A stretch of 64,000 nucleotides of DNA from Bacteroidia bacterium (GTDB taxonomy: Bacteria > Bacteroidota > Bacteroidia > NS11-12g > UBA9320), in assembly GCA_965216465.1 (NCBI GenBank), contig CBDCFW010000005.1, positions 96,001 to 160,000 of the forward strand, read 5' to 3'. Positions 21,549 to 32,089 of the stretch are shown here, piece by piece. The notes below the pieces were generated by a model. That model saw only the letters and a program-made list of their open reading frames with translations. It was not told where the DNA came from and searched no databases. Position 1 is the stretch's first letter. Each line of letters opens with the position of its first letter. Made by a program: the position numbers and the translations under genes.

Positions 21549-22616
21549 TTAACTTAAATTTTCTATTTGGTATGGCTTACCTATTTGTTCGCAAAAATTT
21601 TGCAAACGTTCTGCATTGGTATCGGTAATAAATATTTGTCCAAAGTTATCATTTTTAATGATGCTCGTTAGCACTTGGGCTCTTTGATCATCTATTTTTT
21701 CAAAAATGTCGTCGAGAAGAAGAAAAGGCAGTAGATTTTTCTGCTTCGATATGAATGAATACTCTGCAAGTTTTAAGGCAATTAAGGCAGATTTAATCTG
21801 CCCCTGAGACCCATATTTTCTTAAGCTCACATCGTTTAAATCGATTTCCAACTCGTCTTTATGAACTCCACTAAAACTTCGCTGAACGGCTATATCCTTT
21901 GCTCTATTTTCTTTCACCAATTCTGCATACGATTTTGAGGCCAATTGGCTGATGTAACGCAATTGAATTTCTTCTGTATCTTGGGCAAGTGCTACATACT
22001 GACGTTGGAATTCTTCAGAAAAGTCGCTTAAGAATGAAGTTCTTTTACTATAAATATGATCTGCCAGAGGTTCAAGTTGATCATCTAGAGACTGTAATAA
22101 AGTTTCGTCAGTATATTCTTCCTTTAAATGCTTATTTCGATGCTCGATTAATTTCTTGTATTTAACTAAGTCTTCGAGATACTCTCGGTCTGTTTGACTT
22201 AAAATCTCGTTCACAAAGTTCCTACGAACTGAATTAGATCCGTAAATGATTTCAATATCACCGGGTGCTATTACAACAGCTACAAACTGCCCAACGTGCT
22301 CAATATTTCGTTTGTAAGCCACACCATTTTTCTCAATTGCCTTTCGACCACCTCTTTTCAGTTTTACTTTTAGTGCAATTTCATCATCAAGAGTCAACTT
22401 TGCTCGAATGCCAGCAATGGCCTGTTCGTTGTGAATGCATTGAACATCTGTAGATGAGAAATACGACTTTCCTACACACAAAAAATAAATAGCATCAAGT
22501 ATGCTAGTTTTGCCTGCACCATTAAGGCCCGCGATGGCAACTACATCATTTTGAACGGCTAAATTTAATTCCAAATGATTTTTAAAATTAACGAGTGATA
22601 ATTGGTGGATATTCAA
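21549..22616 (-). CDS. recF: DNA replication/repair protein RecF (likely TTG start at 22616)
   Basis: NFKNH, GLNGAGKTSILDAIY, GSQGQIKS, LLLDDIFEKID. Confidence 0.93.
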   Translation of the reverse strand: MNIHQLSLVNFKNHLELNLAVQNDVVAIAGLNGAGKTSILDAIYFLCVGKSYFSSTDVQCIHNEQAIAGIRAKLTLDDEIALKVKLKRGGRKAIEKNGVAYKRNIEHVGQFVAVVIAPGDIEIIYGSNSVRRNFVNEILSQTDREYLEDLVKYKKLIEHRNKHLKEEYTDETLLQSLDDQLEPLADHIYSKRTSFLSDFSEEFQRQYVALAQDTEEIQLRYISQLASKSYAELVKENRAKDIAVQRSFSGVHKDELEIDLNDVSLRKYGSQGQIKSALIALKLAEYSFISKQKNLLPFLLLDDIFEKIDDQRAQVLTSIIKNDNFGQIFITDTNAERLQNFCEQIGKPYQIENLS

Positions 22617-22643
22617 GTGTTCTTTTTGAGGAATTAAAATTGT

Positions 22644-22651
22644 TATTTTTG
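22644..22651 (+). promoter_or_regulatory. Bacteroidota -7 promoter element for pdhA
   Basis: TATTTTTG matches TAnnTTTG, 16 nt upstream of the ATG. Confidence 0.55.
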
Positions 22652-22667
22652 CCGCTCCAAATATAAA

Positions 22668-23660
22668 ATGGCAAAAGCAAAACACACTAAAAATACTTAC
22701 ATCGATTGGTACAAATTGATGTTATTAATAAGAAGGTTTGAAGAGAAATCAGCTCAAATGTATGGTCAAAACAAAATCAGAGGATTTTGTCACTTGTATA
22801 TTGGGCAGGAAGCAGTAGTTGCTGGTTTAGCTTCTGCAAAGCAAGATGGAGACAAGGTGATTACAGCGTATCGAGATCATGGTCATGCATTAGCAATGGG
22901 CATGTCTGCAGGTTCGGTTATGGCTGAGTTATTTGGTCGAGTTGACGGTTGCAGTAAAGGTAAAGGTGGTAGTATGCACATGTTCTCTAAAGAGCACAAT
23001 TTCTTTGGAGGCCATGGTATTGTAGGAGGACAAATTCCTCTTGGAGCTGGTATTGCACTTGCTGAGCAATACAACGGAACCGACAATGTATGCTTTTGCT
23101 ATATGGGAGATGGAGCTGTTCGTCAAGGAGCACTTCACGAAGCTTTTAACATGGCTATGCTTTGGAAACTTCCAGTAGTATTCATATGCGAAAACAACAA
23201 CTACGCGATGGGAACATCGGTTGAAAGAACTACCAATGTATTAGACATTTCTAAAATTGCATTAGGATACGATATGCCTTCTGAGCAAGTAGACGGAATG
23301 AGCTGTGAAGCGGTTCACGAATCAATGAAGCGTACTGCCGATAGAGCTAGAAAAGGTGAAGGACCAACTTTTGTTGAGCTTAAAACCTATCGTTATCGAG
23401 GTCATTCAATGTCTGACCCTGCTAAATACAGAACTAAAGAAGAGGTTGAAGACTACAAAAAAGTTGATCCTATTGAAGTGGTAAAAGAGACCATTTTGAA
23501 GGAAAAATACCTTAGTCAGAAACAATTAGACCAGATAGAGGAAGACATTGAAAAAGACGTTCAAGAAGCAGTTGAATTTGCAGAAAATTCACCTTTCCCT
23601 GATGCGTCAGAATTATATACAGATGTATATGTTGATGAATATCCATTTATTGTAGAATAA
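22668..23660 (+). CDS. pdhA: Pyruvate dehydrogenase E1 alpha subunit
   Basis: IRGFCHLYIGQEA, GKGGSMHMF, GDGA TPP motif, YRYRGHSMSDP. Confidence 0.97.
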   Translation: MAKAKHTKNTYIDWYKLMLLIRRFEEKSAQMYGQNKIRGFCHLYIGQEAVVAGLASAKQDGDKVITAYRDHGHALAMGMSAGSVMAELFGRVDGCSKGKGGSMHMFSKEHNFFGGHGIVGGQIPLGAGIALAEQYNGTDNVCFCYMGDGAVRQGALHEAFNMAMLWKLPVVFICENNNYAMGTSVERTTNVLDISKIALGYDMPSEQVDGMSCEAVHESMKRTADRARKGEGPTFVELKTYRYRGHSMSDPAKYRTKEEVEDYKKVDPIEVVKETILKEKYLSQKQLDQIEEDIEKDVQEAVEFAENSPFPDASELYTDVYVDEYPFIVE

Positions 23661-23687
23661 GTATATTTTTGCAAACTTTTAAAGGAA

Positions 23688-24362
23688 ATGAGCACAGAAG
23701 AACAAATCTCACAAATCAAAGGTGTTGATACCATCAAAGAATTCTACACTTCAAATAAAAAGAACATCAATATTGCAGGTATAGGATTATTCCTTGCTAT
23801 GTTAGGTGTTATATACTGCGTTTATGTACTTCAACCAGCTAAGGTTAGAGATGCTGGAAACAGTTTCTTTACTGCTGAGCGTTATTTCCACTCAGATTCT
23901 CTTGACCTTGCATTAAATGGTGATGGAGTTAATTTAGGTATGCTTGATATTGCCGACGAATTTGGTTCAACAAAAATTGGAGAGATGGCTTCTTTTTATG
24001 CTGGAAGAATTTACTTAGAAAAAGGTCAATATGAAGATGCTCTTGACTACTTGGAAAGCACTAGCTTCGGAGATGAAGTAATGCATGCTCAAGTTAAGAC
24101 GCTTATAGGAGATTGTCATTCTGAACTAGGTGATTATAGCACAGCAGGTGACAAATACATGAAAGCAGCAAATTCTAGAGAAAATAACTTTACCACTCCA
24201 ATTGCTTTACGCAAGGCAGGTGAAGCTTATGAAGAAGCAGGAGAGTACTCGGATGCACTAAAGGCATTCAACAGATTGAAAGAAGATTTCAAAGAGACTC
24301 GAGAAGCTATTCAAGTTGAAGCAAAAATTGCTCGAGTTGAAGCAAAAATTGCAGCCGAGTAA
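23688..24362 (+). CDS. Membrane-anchored TPR protein (YfgM-like)
   Basis: Single TM, ALNGDG motif, TPR helices; directly upstream of ribH. Confidence 0.75.
   Translation: MSTEEQISQIKGVDTIKEFYTSNKKNINIAGIGLFLAMLGVIYCVYVLQPAKVRDAGNSFFTAERYFHSDSLDLALNGDGVNLGMLDIADEFGSTKIGEMASFYAGRIYLEKGQYEDALDYLESTSFGDEVMHAQVKTLIGDCHSELGDYSTAGDKYMKAANSRENNFTTPIALRKAGEAYEEAGEYSDALKAFNRLKEDFKETREAIQVEAKIARVEAKIAAE
24314..24352 (+). repeat. 18-nt direct repeat at a 21-nt period at the 3' end of the TPR gene
   Basis: AGTTGAAGCAAAAATTGC at 24314 and 24335, encoding VEAKIAR-VEAKIAA. Confidence 0.7.
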
Positions 24363-24835
24363 TGGCTGATTACGCAAATCAAGATTTTCTAAAAGAGAAG
24401 ATTCATCTTCCTGATTCTGATCTAAAGATTGGAGTTGTAACCGCCTTGTGGAATACCGCTGTTACCTTCAAACTAAAAGATGGTGCAATTTCAACACTTC
24501 TTGCAGCTGGTATTAAAGAGGAGAATATTGTTGAATGGGATGTTCCTGGCTCTTACGAACTAATTTATGGAGCGAACAAGCTCGCCTCGCAAGGACTTGA
24601 CGCCGTAATCTGTATTGGTGTCGTAATTCAGGGCGAAACACGACATTTCGATTTCATCTGCGACGCAGTTGCAAACGGAATTGCCAACGTGACCATTAAA
24701 CACAATATTCCTGTTGCTTTTGGAGTGCTGACCACTGACAATCAGGAGCAAGCTATTGAGCGTTCAGGAGGTAAGCATGGCCATAAAGGAATGGAGGCCG
24801 CTTGGACCGTACTTAAATTACTTGAAAAGGCTTAG
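24362..24835 (+). CDS. ribH: 6,7-dimethyl-8-ribityllumazine synthase
   Basis: VPGSYEL, GVVIQGETRHFD, FGVLT, GGKHGHKG. Confidence 0.96.
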   Translation: MADYANQDFLKEKIHLPDSDLKIGVVTALWNTAVTFKLKDGAISTLLAAGIKEENIVEWDVPGSYELIYGANKLASQGLDAVICIGVVIQGETRHFDFICDAVANGIANVTIKHNIPVAFGVLTTDNQEQAIERSGGKHGHKGMEAAWTVLKLLEKA

Positions 24836-24842
24836 TTAGCTC

Positions 24843-25457
24843 TTAGAATAGACCGTTAATCTCAGCATCAATCTTGCTGATGATGTTACCCAAGTGTTCT
24901 GGATTATTTTCAAAATCGATATCATCAACATCAATAATTAGGAGTTTACCTTCCTTGTATGTTGAAATCCATGCTTCGTAGCGCTCGTTAAGACGCTTGA
25001 GGTAGTCTAATCGAATTGAATCTTCATATTCTCTTCCGCGTGTTTGAATTTGACTTACCAGATTTCCTATTGAGCTTCTTAAGTAAATCAATAAATCAGG
25101 AGCATCAATAGAAGTTTTAATGTTAGAGAACAATGCCTGATAGGTATCAAAATCTCTTGTGCTCATTAAACCCATCGCGTGTAGGTTCGGAGCGAAAATG
25201 TATGCATCTTCATAAATTGTTCGATCCTGAACAACGGTATTTGGGTTGCTTTTTGATCGAATCAAGCTACTAAATCGAGTATGCAAGAAATAGATCTGAA
25301 GATTGAACGACCAGCGTTGCATGTCGTCATAAAAATCAGTAATGTATGGATTGTCGTCCATGGCTTCAAACTGTGCTTCCCACTCGTAATGTTTTGCCAA
25401 AAGTTTGGTAAGGGTAGTTTTTCCTGATCCTATGTTTCCTGCTACTGCAATATGCAT
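24843..25457 (-). CDS. Deoxynucleoside kinase
   Basis: GNIGSGKTT P-loop, DRTIYED, RGREYE. Confidence 0.92.
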   Translation of the reverse strand: MHIAVAGNIGSGKTTLTKLLAKHYEWEAQFEAMDDNPYITDFYDDMQRWSFNLQIYFLHTRFSSLIRSKSNPNTVVQDRTIYEDAYIFAPNLHAMGLMSTRDFDTYQALFSNIKTSIDAPDLLIYLRSSIGNLVSQIQTRGREYEDSIRLDYLKRLNERYEAWISTYKEGKLLIIDVDDIDFENNPEHLGNIISKIDAEINGLF

Positions 25458-25498
25458 TTTTCTCTAGTTTTTGGTTTTGATAATTGGTTTACAAATAT

Positions 25499-26497
25499 TT
25501 AATAAAACTTTCTGAAGCCAATAATATTTCGGACTTCTTGTAATGTTTTTTCTGCACTTTCATTTGCTTTCTCAGCTCCTATCATTGCTGCTTCTGAAAG
25601 TGCTTTCTCATCATTTTTGAAGTGATGAATCTTCTCTCTAATGGGTTGAACAAATGCTAAAACATCTTCCGCTAACTGTTTCTTGAAATCACCATAGCGA
25701 ATTTCTGCTTTGGCATGAAGATCATCGAAGTGATCAATTGTAGATTGATCTGAAACCAAAGCCATCAAGTCAAATAAGTTCTGAATTTCTGGCGATTTCT
25801 CTTCATTTAATCCTTGCGGTCCACTGTCAGTTTTAGCCCGCATAATCTTCTTGTGAATCACCTTGTCTTCTTCATCAAAAACAATAGTATCAGCATCACC
25901 AGACGATTTACTCATCTTACCTTGACCCGTTAAACCTGGAACTTTGACGAGCTTTCCAGAAGAGCTATATGCTTCAGGCTGCTTGAAATATTCCTGGTTA
26001 TATAAATTGTTAAAGCGATTCGCAAACTGTCGTGTCATCTCCAAATGTTGTTGCTGGTCTTTTCCTACCGGCACAAAATCAGCGTGATGGGCGAGTATAT
26101 CAACTGCCATTAAAACCGGATAAGTTAACAAGCCAGCATTAACATTGTCGGGCTGCGTTCTAATCTTTTCCTTAAATGAAGCTGATCGCTGCAATTCTCC
26201 CAAGTAGGCATTCATGTTCATGTACGTGTACAACTCGCTAATTGCACGAACATCACTCTGAATAAACAAAGCACATTTGTTTGGGTCAACTCCCATTGCC
26301 AAATGTTCTGCAAGTACTTGCTTAATGTTTTGATGAAGGTTCTCTGGAGTGGGATGCGTAGTTAGAGAGTGAATATCAGCAATAAAGAAAAAGCAATCAT
26401 GCTCTTCTTGCATCTGCAAAAAACTTTTAACGGCTCCAAAGTAATTCCCTAAATGGAGTTTTCCGGTTGGTCTAATTCCTGATACTACTCTTGACAT
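25499..26497 (-). CDS. trpS: Tryptophan--tRNA ligase
   Basis: HLGN, YPVLMAVDI, VPVGKDQ, KMSKS. Confidence 0.97.
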   Translation of the reverse strand: MSRVVSGIRPTGKLHLGNYFGAVKSFLQMQEEHDCFFFIADIHSLTTHPTPENLHQNIKQVLAEHLAMGVDPNKCALFIQSDVRAISELYTYMNMNAYLGELQRSASFKEKIRTQPDNVNAGLLTYPVLMAVDILAHHADFVPVGKDQQQHLEMTRQFANRFNNLYNQEYFKQPEAYSSSGKLVKVPGLTGQGKMSKSSGDADTIVFDEEDKVIHKKIMRAKTDSGPQGLNEEKSPEIQNLFDLMALVSDQSTIDHFDDLHAKAEIRYGDFKKQLAEDVLAFVQPIREKIHHFKNDEKALSEAAMIGAEKANESAEKTLQEVRNIIGFRKFY

Positions 26498-26573
26498 TTG
26501 TTCAAAATCGGCTCAAAAATATACGGTCGTATGGCAATTACCAATGATGTGGATATTTATATGGCAGAGGAGT

Positions 26574-28322
26574 TTAAATCAACTCAAATTGCTTTTGAAA
26601 CAATTCGAAATAAGCTCCCTCTTTTTCCATCAATTCTTCGTGACTTCCTTGTTCAATTACACGTCCTCTATCCATCACCAAAATAGAATCAGCCTCTTTT
26701 ATGGTTGAAAGTCTATGGGCAATAATTATGCTGGTTCTGCCTTGCATTAATCGTTTGGTAGCTTCTTGTATGAGTTCTTCAGTTTCTGAGTCAACACTTG
26801 AGGTTGCCTCATCTAAGATTAGTACTTTAGGATCAAATGCCAGTGCACGAATAAAACTTATAAGTTGACGTTGGCCCACAGAAAGCGTCGAACCTCTTTC
26901 CATTACATCATATTCCCATTGATTAGGAAGTGCTTCGATAAACTTTTCGGCACCAATCAGTGTGGCTGCTTCGTGCATTTTTTCTTGAGTAATGGTTGAG
27001 TCTTTTAAACGCACATTCTCCTCAATTGAACCCGCAAAAAGAAAAACCTCTTGCAACACAACGCCAATTTGCTTTCTCAACTCGTGCAAATCAAAATTGT
27101 TCACATTTACTCCGTCGATTAAAATTTCACCTTTTTGAATCGTATACAACTTGGTGATTAAGCTGATTATCGACGATTTTCCTGCACCTGTAGCTCCAAC
27201 AATGGCCAAGCTTTTTCCTGCTTTTATATCAAAGCTTACCTCTTTGAGTACAGGTTCGTTTTCGACGTAAGAGAAACCAACATTGTTAAATTGAATATTG
27301 CCTTCAATTTCCTTTACAACTTCCCCAGACTCTTCAACTTGGGATTGATCATCAATCAGTTTAAAAATACGTTCGCTGCTCACCATTCCCATTTGCATCG
27401 TATTAAAACGGTCTGCAATTGTTCTAATCGGACGAAAGATCATGCCGATATACATCACAAATGCTGTAATCAATCCAGCACTTGCAGCATTTGGAGAGCC
27501 AGCACTCCACCAAATAATTAAACCCAGTGCAATACTGCTAAGGATCTCTACAATTGGGAAGTAGATCGCATAATAGAATATTGATTTCTTATAGGCATCG
27601 AGGTGGCCTCGGTTAATTTTCTCAAATTTTGAATATTCTTGATCCTGTTTCCCGAATAATTGCACTACCTCCATACCCACGATTTGCTCTTGAACAAATG
27701 CGTTTAACTCTGAAACTTTCGCTCTAACCTGCTGAAACGATTTACGAACTCCTCGTCGAAAGTACTCCGATGCAATTAGTAAGATAGGCAACACGGCAAG
27801 AGAGATTAGGGTTAGCTGCCAACTTGTAATAAACATGATAATTAGAATCAATCCCAGCTGAGCAATATCCCCAATAATAGAAATCAAACCTTGAGAGAAG
27901 ACATTCGAAATAGTTTCGACGTCAGATACAGATCGTGTAACCAGTGTACCCACCTTGCTATTGTCAAAAAACGAGCTATTAAGCGATAGAATGTGATTAT
28001 AAACCCGCATACGCAAGTCCTTAATTACATTTTGACCTATTAGATTAACAATATAAGTATGACCAAATAGAACGCTACTCTGTAAAATAATATGAGCAAA
28101 GATGTAACCTGAAAAGAGTAAGATGCCTTGGGTGTCTTTGTTCGCAATGTGATTATCAATAGTAAACTGAACAAGCAAAGGACGTATAGGAGCAAGCCCT
28201 GTTAACAAGAGCGTGAGTATAGTCCCCACCACAAAGTGTTTGCGATAAGGTTTGGCTAGCTTTAAGATTCGCCAAATCAGCTTGATATCAAACTTTGCAC
28301 TATTTTGTTGTTCTGAACTCAT
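26574..28322 (-). CDS. ABC transporter, fused permease/ATPase (MsbA/MdlB-like; likely start ATG 28322)
   Basis: TM domain plus GATGAGKS, LSVGQRQ, ILDEATS, IAHRLST. Confidence 0.92.
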   Translation of the reverse strand: MSSEQQNSAKFDIKLIWRILKLAKPYRKHFVVGTILTLLLTGLAPIRPLLVQFTIDNHIANKDTQGILLFSGYIFAHIILQSSVLFGHTYIVNLIGQNVIKDLRMRVYNHILSLNSSFFDNSKVGTLVTRSVSDVETISNVFSQGLISIIGDIAQLGLILIIMFITSWQLTLISLAVLPILLIASEYFRRGVRKSFQQVRAKVSELNAFVQEQIVGMEVVQLFGKQDQEYSKFEKINRGHLDAYKKSIFYYAIYFPIVEILSSIALGLIIWWSAGSPNAASAGLITAFVMYIGMIFRPIRTIADRFNTMQMGMVSSERIFKLIDDQSQVEESGEVVKEIEGNIQFNNVGFSYVENEPVLKEVSFDIKAGKSLAIVGATGAGKSSIISLITKLYTIQKGEILIDGVNVNNFDLHELRKQIGVVLQEVFLFAGSIEENVRLKDSTITQEKMHEAATLIGAEKFIEALPNQWEYDVMERGSTLSVGQRQLISFIRALAFDPKVLILDEATSSVDSETEELIQEATKRLMQGRTSIIIAHRLSTIKEADSILVMDRGRVIEQGSHEELMEKEGAYFELFQKQFELI

Positions 28323-29049
28323 TCCAATTGTATCCAACTTCGGCTAGGTATAGGCCTCTAGCCGCAACACTTTTTCCCGAATTGCTTCTGTTTTTACTTT
28401 TAATTATTTCTTTCAATTGCTCAATTGACACATCGCCATAGCCAACATCCAATAAAGTTCCAACAAGTGCTCTTACCATATTTCGTAAAAAGCGATCGGC
28501 CTTCACATGAAACTCTAAGCCATCTTTTGTTTCAATCCATTTACACTCCATCAAATCGCAAAGTGTAGTTTTATTGTCTGAACCACTTTTGCAAAATGAA
28601 GCGAAATCACGATGTTTTAACAACTCAGCACACCCGTTGTTCATTTTAATAATATCAGGCTGCCTCCAAAGGTGCAAATGTTCATCAATTAGAAATGGAT
28701 TTTTTCGAAAGCTCGTCTTGTAAATGTACTTTCTATACGTCGCATCGAAACGTGAATGAAAGTTATCCTTTACTTCAAAACAGTCATAAATGGCCACATC
28801 TTTGGGCAAAATTTGATTCAGTCTAAAAATAAACTTTGATGGAATTACATCATCAAAATCAAAATGCAAAAAGTACTGAGAGGCATGAACTGCAGTATCG
28901 GTTCTTCCACATCCTACCACGCTAGTTTTAACTCTTAAAATTCGAGTAAGAGCCTCTTCAATAACCTGTTGCACAGTAATGCTGTTATCTTGAAATTGCC
29001 AGCCATGGTAGTTGGTTCCTTTGTATGCTATTTCTAATACGTAGCGCAA
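28300..29049 (-). CDS. truA: tRNA pseudouridine(38-40) synthase
   Basis: YKGTNYHGWQ, GRTDTAVHA, FLRNMVRALVG. Confidence 0.96.
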   Translation of the reverse strand: MRYVLEIAYKGTNYHGWQFQDNSITVQQVIEEALTRILRVKTSVVGCGRTDTAVHASQYFLHFDFDDVIPSKFIFRLNQILPKDVAIYDCFEVKDNFHSRFDATYRKYIYKTSFRKNPFLIDEHLHLWRQPDIIKMNNGCAELLKHRDFASFCKSGSDNKTTLCDLMECKWIETKDGLEFHVKADRFLRNMVRALVGTLLDVGYGDVSIEQLKEIIKSKNRSNSGKSVAARGLYLAEVGYNWNEFRTTK

Positions 29050-29134
29050 AATCGCAGCAAATATATTTTCGTTTGCTACCTTATGATTATTTATTTAGAG
29101 GTAATTCTATTTTTGCCATCATTTTTAAGCAAGC

Positions 29135-30823
29135 ATGAATCAGAAACTAATTGAATGCGTACCCAATTTTAGTGAGGGTAGAGATCTTGGAGTAATCAAA
29201 CAAATCACCAACGAAATTGAAAGCGTTGAAGGTGTAAAGCTTTTGGATGTAGATCCGGGGCAAGCAACCAACAGAACGGTAGTTACCTTTGTTGGTACTC
29301 CGGAAGCTGTAGTCTCTGCCGCATACAAGGCAATTGTAAAGGCGGGTGAGCTGATTGATATGAGCAAGCATTCAGGAGAACATGCTCGAATGGGAGCTAC
29401 AGATGTTTGTCCGTTCATTCCTGTTGCAAACATTTCTATGGAGGAAACTGCAGAATGGGCAACAAAGCTTGCAAAACAGGTTGGAGAAACTACTGATATT
29501 CCTACCTATCTGTATGGTGCTTCACAGCCAGACACCAATCGAAATGTACTTTCTGTAATTCGTGCAGGAGAATACGAAGGTTTCTTCGATAAAATTAAAA
29601 AACCCGAATGGAAACCAGACTTTGGACCAGCAGTTTACAATGCTCGTTCTGGTGCTACGGTAATTGGTGCTCGTGATTTCTTAATTGCTTACAATGTGAA
29701 CTTGAATACCAAGTCTACGCGAATTGCAAATAGAATCGCATTTGATGTTCGAGAGACTGGTCGTGTAAAACGTGAGGGAAATCCATACAATGGGAAAATA
29801 GTTAAAGATGAAAATGGTGAATCGGTACGAATTCCTGGTGCTTGCAAAGCAGTACAAGCAGTGGGATGGTTTATCGACGAATATGATGTGGCTCAAGTTT
29901 CTGCTAACTTGACAAATTTCAATATCACACCAATTCATATATTCTTTGATGAAGTTCAAAAAAGTGCGATTAGCAGAGGTATTCGAATTACAGGGAGTGA
30001 GTTGGTTGGATTAATTCCATTACAAGCAATGCTTGATGCAGGACGACACTATTTAACAAAGCAAGGAAGATCTTTAGGCGTAAGCGACGGTGAATTAATT
30101 CACATTGCAGTTAAGTCGTTAGGACTAGATGAACTTGCACCATTTGACCCTCAAAAGAAAATTATTGAATACCAACTTCGCTCATTAGAGGACGAAAAAC
30201 TGATCAGTATGACGGCCAAAGATTTGGCAAATGAAACAGCATCTGAGAGTATGGCCCCTGGAGGAGGAAGTATATCTGCCTATGTCGGGGCATTGGGTGC
30301 CTCTTTAGGAACTATGGTTGCAAACTTGTCGGCAAACAAGCCAGGATGGGAAGACAAGTTAGACTATTTTTCTCCCCTTGCAGTTGAAGGACAAAAAATT
30401 AAAGATGAGTTGCTTTACCTCGTTGATGAAGATACCCGATCATTCAATGGAATCATTTCGGCAATCAGAATGCCTAAAGATACCGATGAGGATAAAAAGT
30501 TAAGAAGTGAGGCCATCGAGTTGGCAAGTCAATATGCGGCGGAAGTGCCTTACCGCGTTATGCAAACCTCATTCAGCATGAAGAACTTGTTAGCTGAAAT
30601 GGTAAAATCGGGTAACCCTGCATCCATTACGGATGCTGGAGTTGGTGCCTTATGTGCTCTTACAGCTGTGCAAGGAGCTTATATGAATGTGATGATTAAC
30701 ATCAAAGATTTAGGCGACAAGAATTTTGCCGAAGAATTAGGAGCTAATGCTCAAAATGTTCTGGAACAAGCTAAGCGTGAATTGGGTGACTTGATCGATC
30801 AAGTTAACGCCAGTTTGGTTTAG
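29135..30823 (+). CDS. ftcD: Glutamate formimidoyltransferase / formiminotetrahydrofolate cyclodeaminase (bifunctional)
   Basis: ECVPNFSEGR, HARMGATDVCPF, C-terminal APGGGSISA cyclodeaminase domain. Confidence 0.93.
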   Translation: MNQKLIECVPNFSEGRDLGVIKQITNEIESVEGVKLLDVDPGQATNRTVVTFVGTPEAVVSAAYKAIVKAGELIDMSKHSGEHARMGATDVCPFIPVANISMEETAEWATKLAKQVGETTDIPTYLYGASQPDTNRNVLSVIRAGEYEGFFDKIKKPEWKPDFGPAVYNARSGATVIGARDFLIAYNVNLNTKSTRIANRIAFDVRETGRVKREGNPYNGKIVKDENGESVRIPGACKAVQAVGWFIDEYDVAQVSANLTNFNITPIHIFFDEVQKSAISRGIRITGSELVGLIPLQAMLDAGRHYLTKQGRSLGVSDGELIHIAVKSLGLDELAPFDPQKKIIEYQLRSLEDEKLISMTAKDLANETASESMAPGGGSISAYVGALGASLGTMVANLSANKPGWEDKLDYFSPLAVEGQKIKDELLYLVDEDTRSFNGIISAIRMPKDTDEDKKLRSEAIELASQYAAEVPYRVMQTSFSMKNLLAEMVKSGNPASITDAGVGALCALTAVQGAYMNVMINIKDLGDKNFAEELGANAQNVLEQAKRELGDLIDQVNASLV

Positions 30824-30912
30824 GGCACGTCGTTAGTGTGCAATAAATTTTGTCGATTTTTAGTTAATATTGTATCAAATTGATAATTTGACTTAAATTG
30901 CGACCGAAGTTT

Positions 30913-31959
30913 ATGAAAAAAGCACTTACAATCCTTTTCATATTTGCAGCTACCTACTCTTTTGCTCAGCAGGATCCTTACTACACACATTTTAAGAATG
31001 TACAACAAGCATATAATCCAGCTGCGGCCGGCGTTCACTATGGCGATATTTGTCTAAGTGGATTAACTCACCACCAGTGGAGAGACTTTGATGATCAAAC
31101 ACAAGTTAGAGGATCAGACATAGACCCTACTTTCACGGGAGGAGAGAATGTAGCTCCGGTTACTTACAACCTAAATGTTGGAACAGCATTTAAATTAACA
31201 GAAGACAGTATGAACTTTATCGGTGCCGGTTTAACCGTTATTGACGATAAAATTGGATACACACGTGGAACTTCAATTATGTTGAACCTAAACTATAAGC
31301 GATTGCTTCAAGGCGGATTCAGCGAAATTGCTGCTGGTGTTGGACTTGGAGGAACCCAATGGGGTTATGACAAGCCAGCATATAAAGCTTTTCACGATAA
31401 CGATCCTTTGGTACCTATTGGATCAGCTAACGAAATGAAGTTAGATGTAAACTTTGGTGTACACTACAAGCAACGCAGAATGTTAAATGTAATTGAAAAC
31501 TTCTACGCAGGGGTTTCTGTTACGAACTTAAACAGTGCATTGTACAATGTAGGTTTTCAAGGATCAACAACGGAGAGACAATTTGTTCCTCACTACTATG
31601 CTATTGTAGGAGGTGATTACAATCTAAATGGGAACATCGTTTTAGAACCGGCTATTCTCGGGAAGTTTGCCTTGGTAGGAAGTGAATACAAACCTCAATT
31701 CGACGCAAACGTGACCGCTCTATATGCTGGGACTTTAAGGGGTGGAATTGGTTGGAGACAGTGGGCTAACGCAGATGCTGCATCCTTATTGTTAGGATAT
31801 GTAGCTAGCCCGTTAGAAATAGGCTATTCATATGATATTACAGTTTCGAACGTACAAAAAGTAAGTAACGGTACACATGAGATATTTGTAAAATATTGCA
31901 TTCCAATTGTGAACCAGAAGAATCCACCAATTATTCGACTTACACCTCGATTCTTGTAA
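30913..31959 (+). CDS. PorP/SprF-family T9SS outer membrane protein
   Basis: AQQDPYYT, NPAAAG, HQW, IGYSYD..S and GTHEI motifs; directly upstream of gldK. Confidence 0.9.
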   Translation: MKKALTILFIFAATYSFAQQDPYYTHFKNVQQAYNPAAAGVHYGDICLSGLTHHQWRDFDDQTQVRGSDIDPTFTGGENVAPVTYNLNVGTAFKLTEDSMNFIGAGLTVIDDKIGYTRGTSIMLNLNYKRLLQGGFSEIAAGVGLGGTQWGYDKPAYKAFHDNDPLVPIGSANEMKLDVNFGVHYKQRRMLNVIENFYAGVSVTNLNSALYNVGFQGSTTERQFVPHYYAIVGGDYNLNGNIVLEPAILGKFALVGSEYKPQFDANVTALYAGTLRGGIGWRQWANADAASLLLGYVASPLEIGYSYDITVSNVQKVSNGTHEIFVKYCIPIVNQKNPPIIRLTPRFL

Positions 31960-32089
31960 CAATTAAAAAACTGCTATACTAAACTACTAATCAAAACGTT
32001 ATTAATCGGACGTTGAAATTAAATTAATATTGTTTTTTTCAACATTTGAATGTTAATTTGTGAAACTTTTTTAAAGGAAAGAATTTATT

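Noticed and set aside
22617-22685. Apparent overlap between recF and pdhA
   Set aside because: This is an ORF-track artefact from an over-extended start. RecF similarity begins near TTG 22616, leaving a short divergent promoter region.
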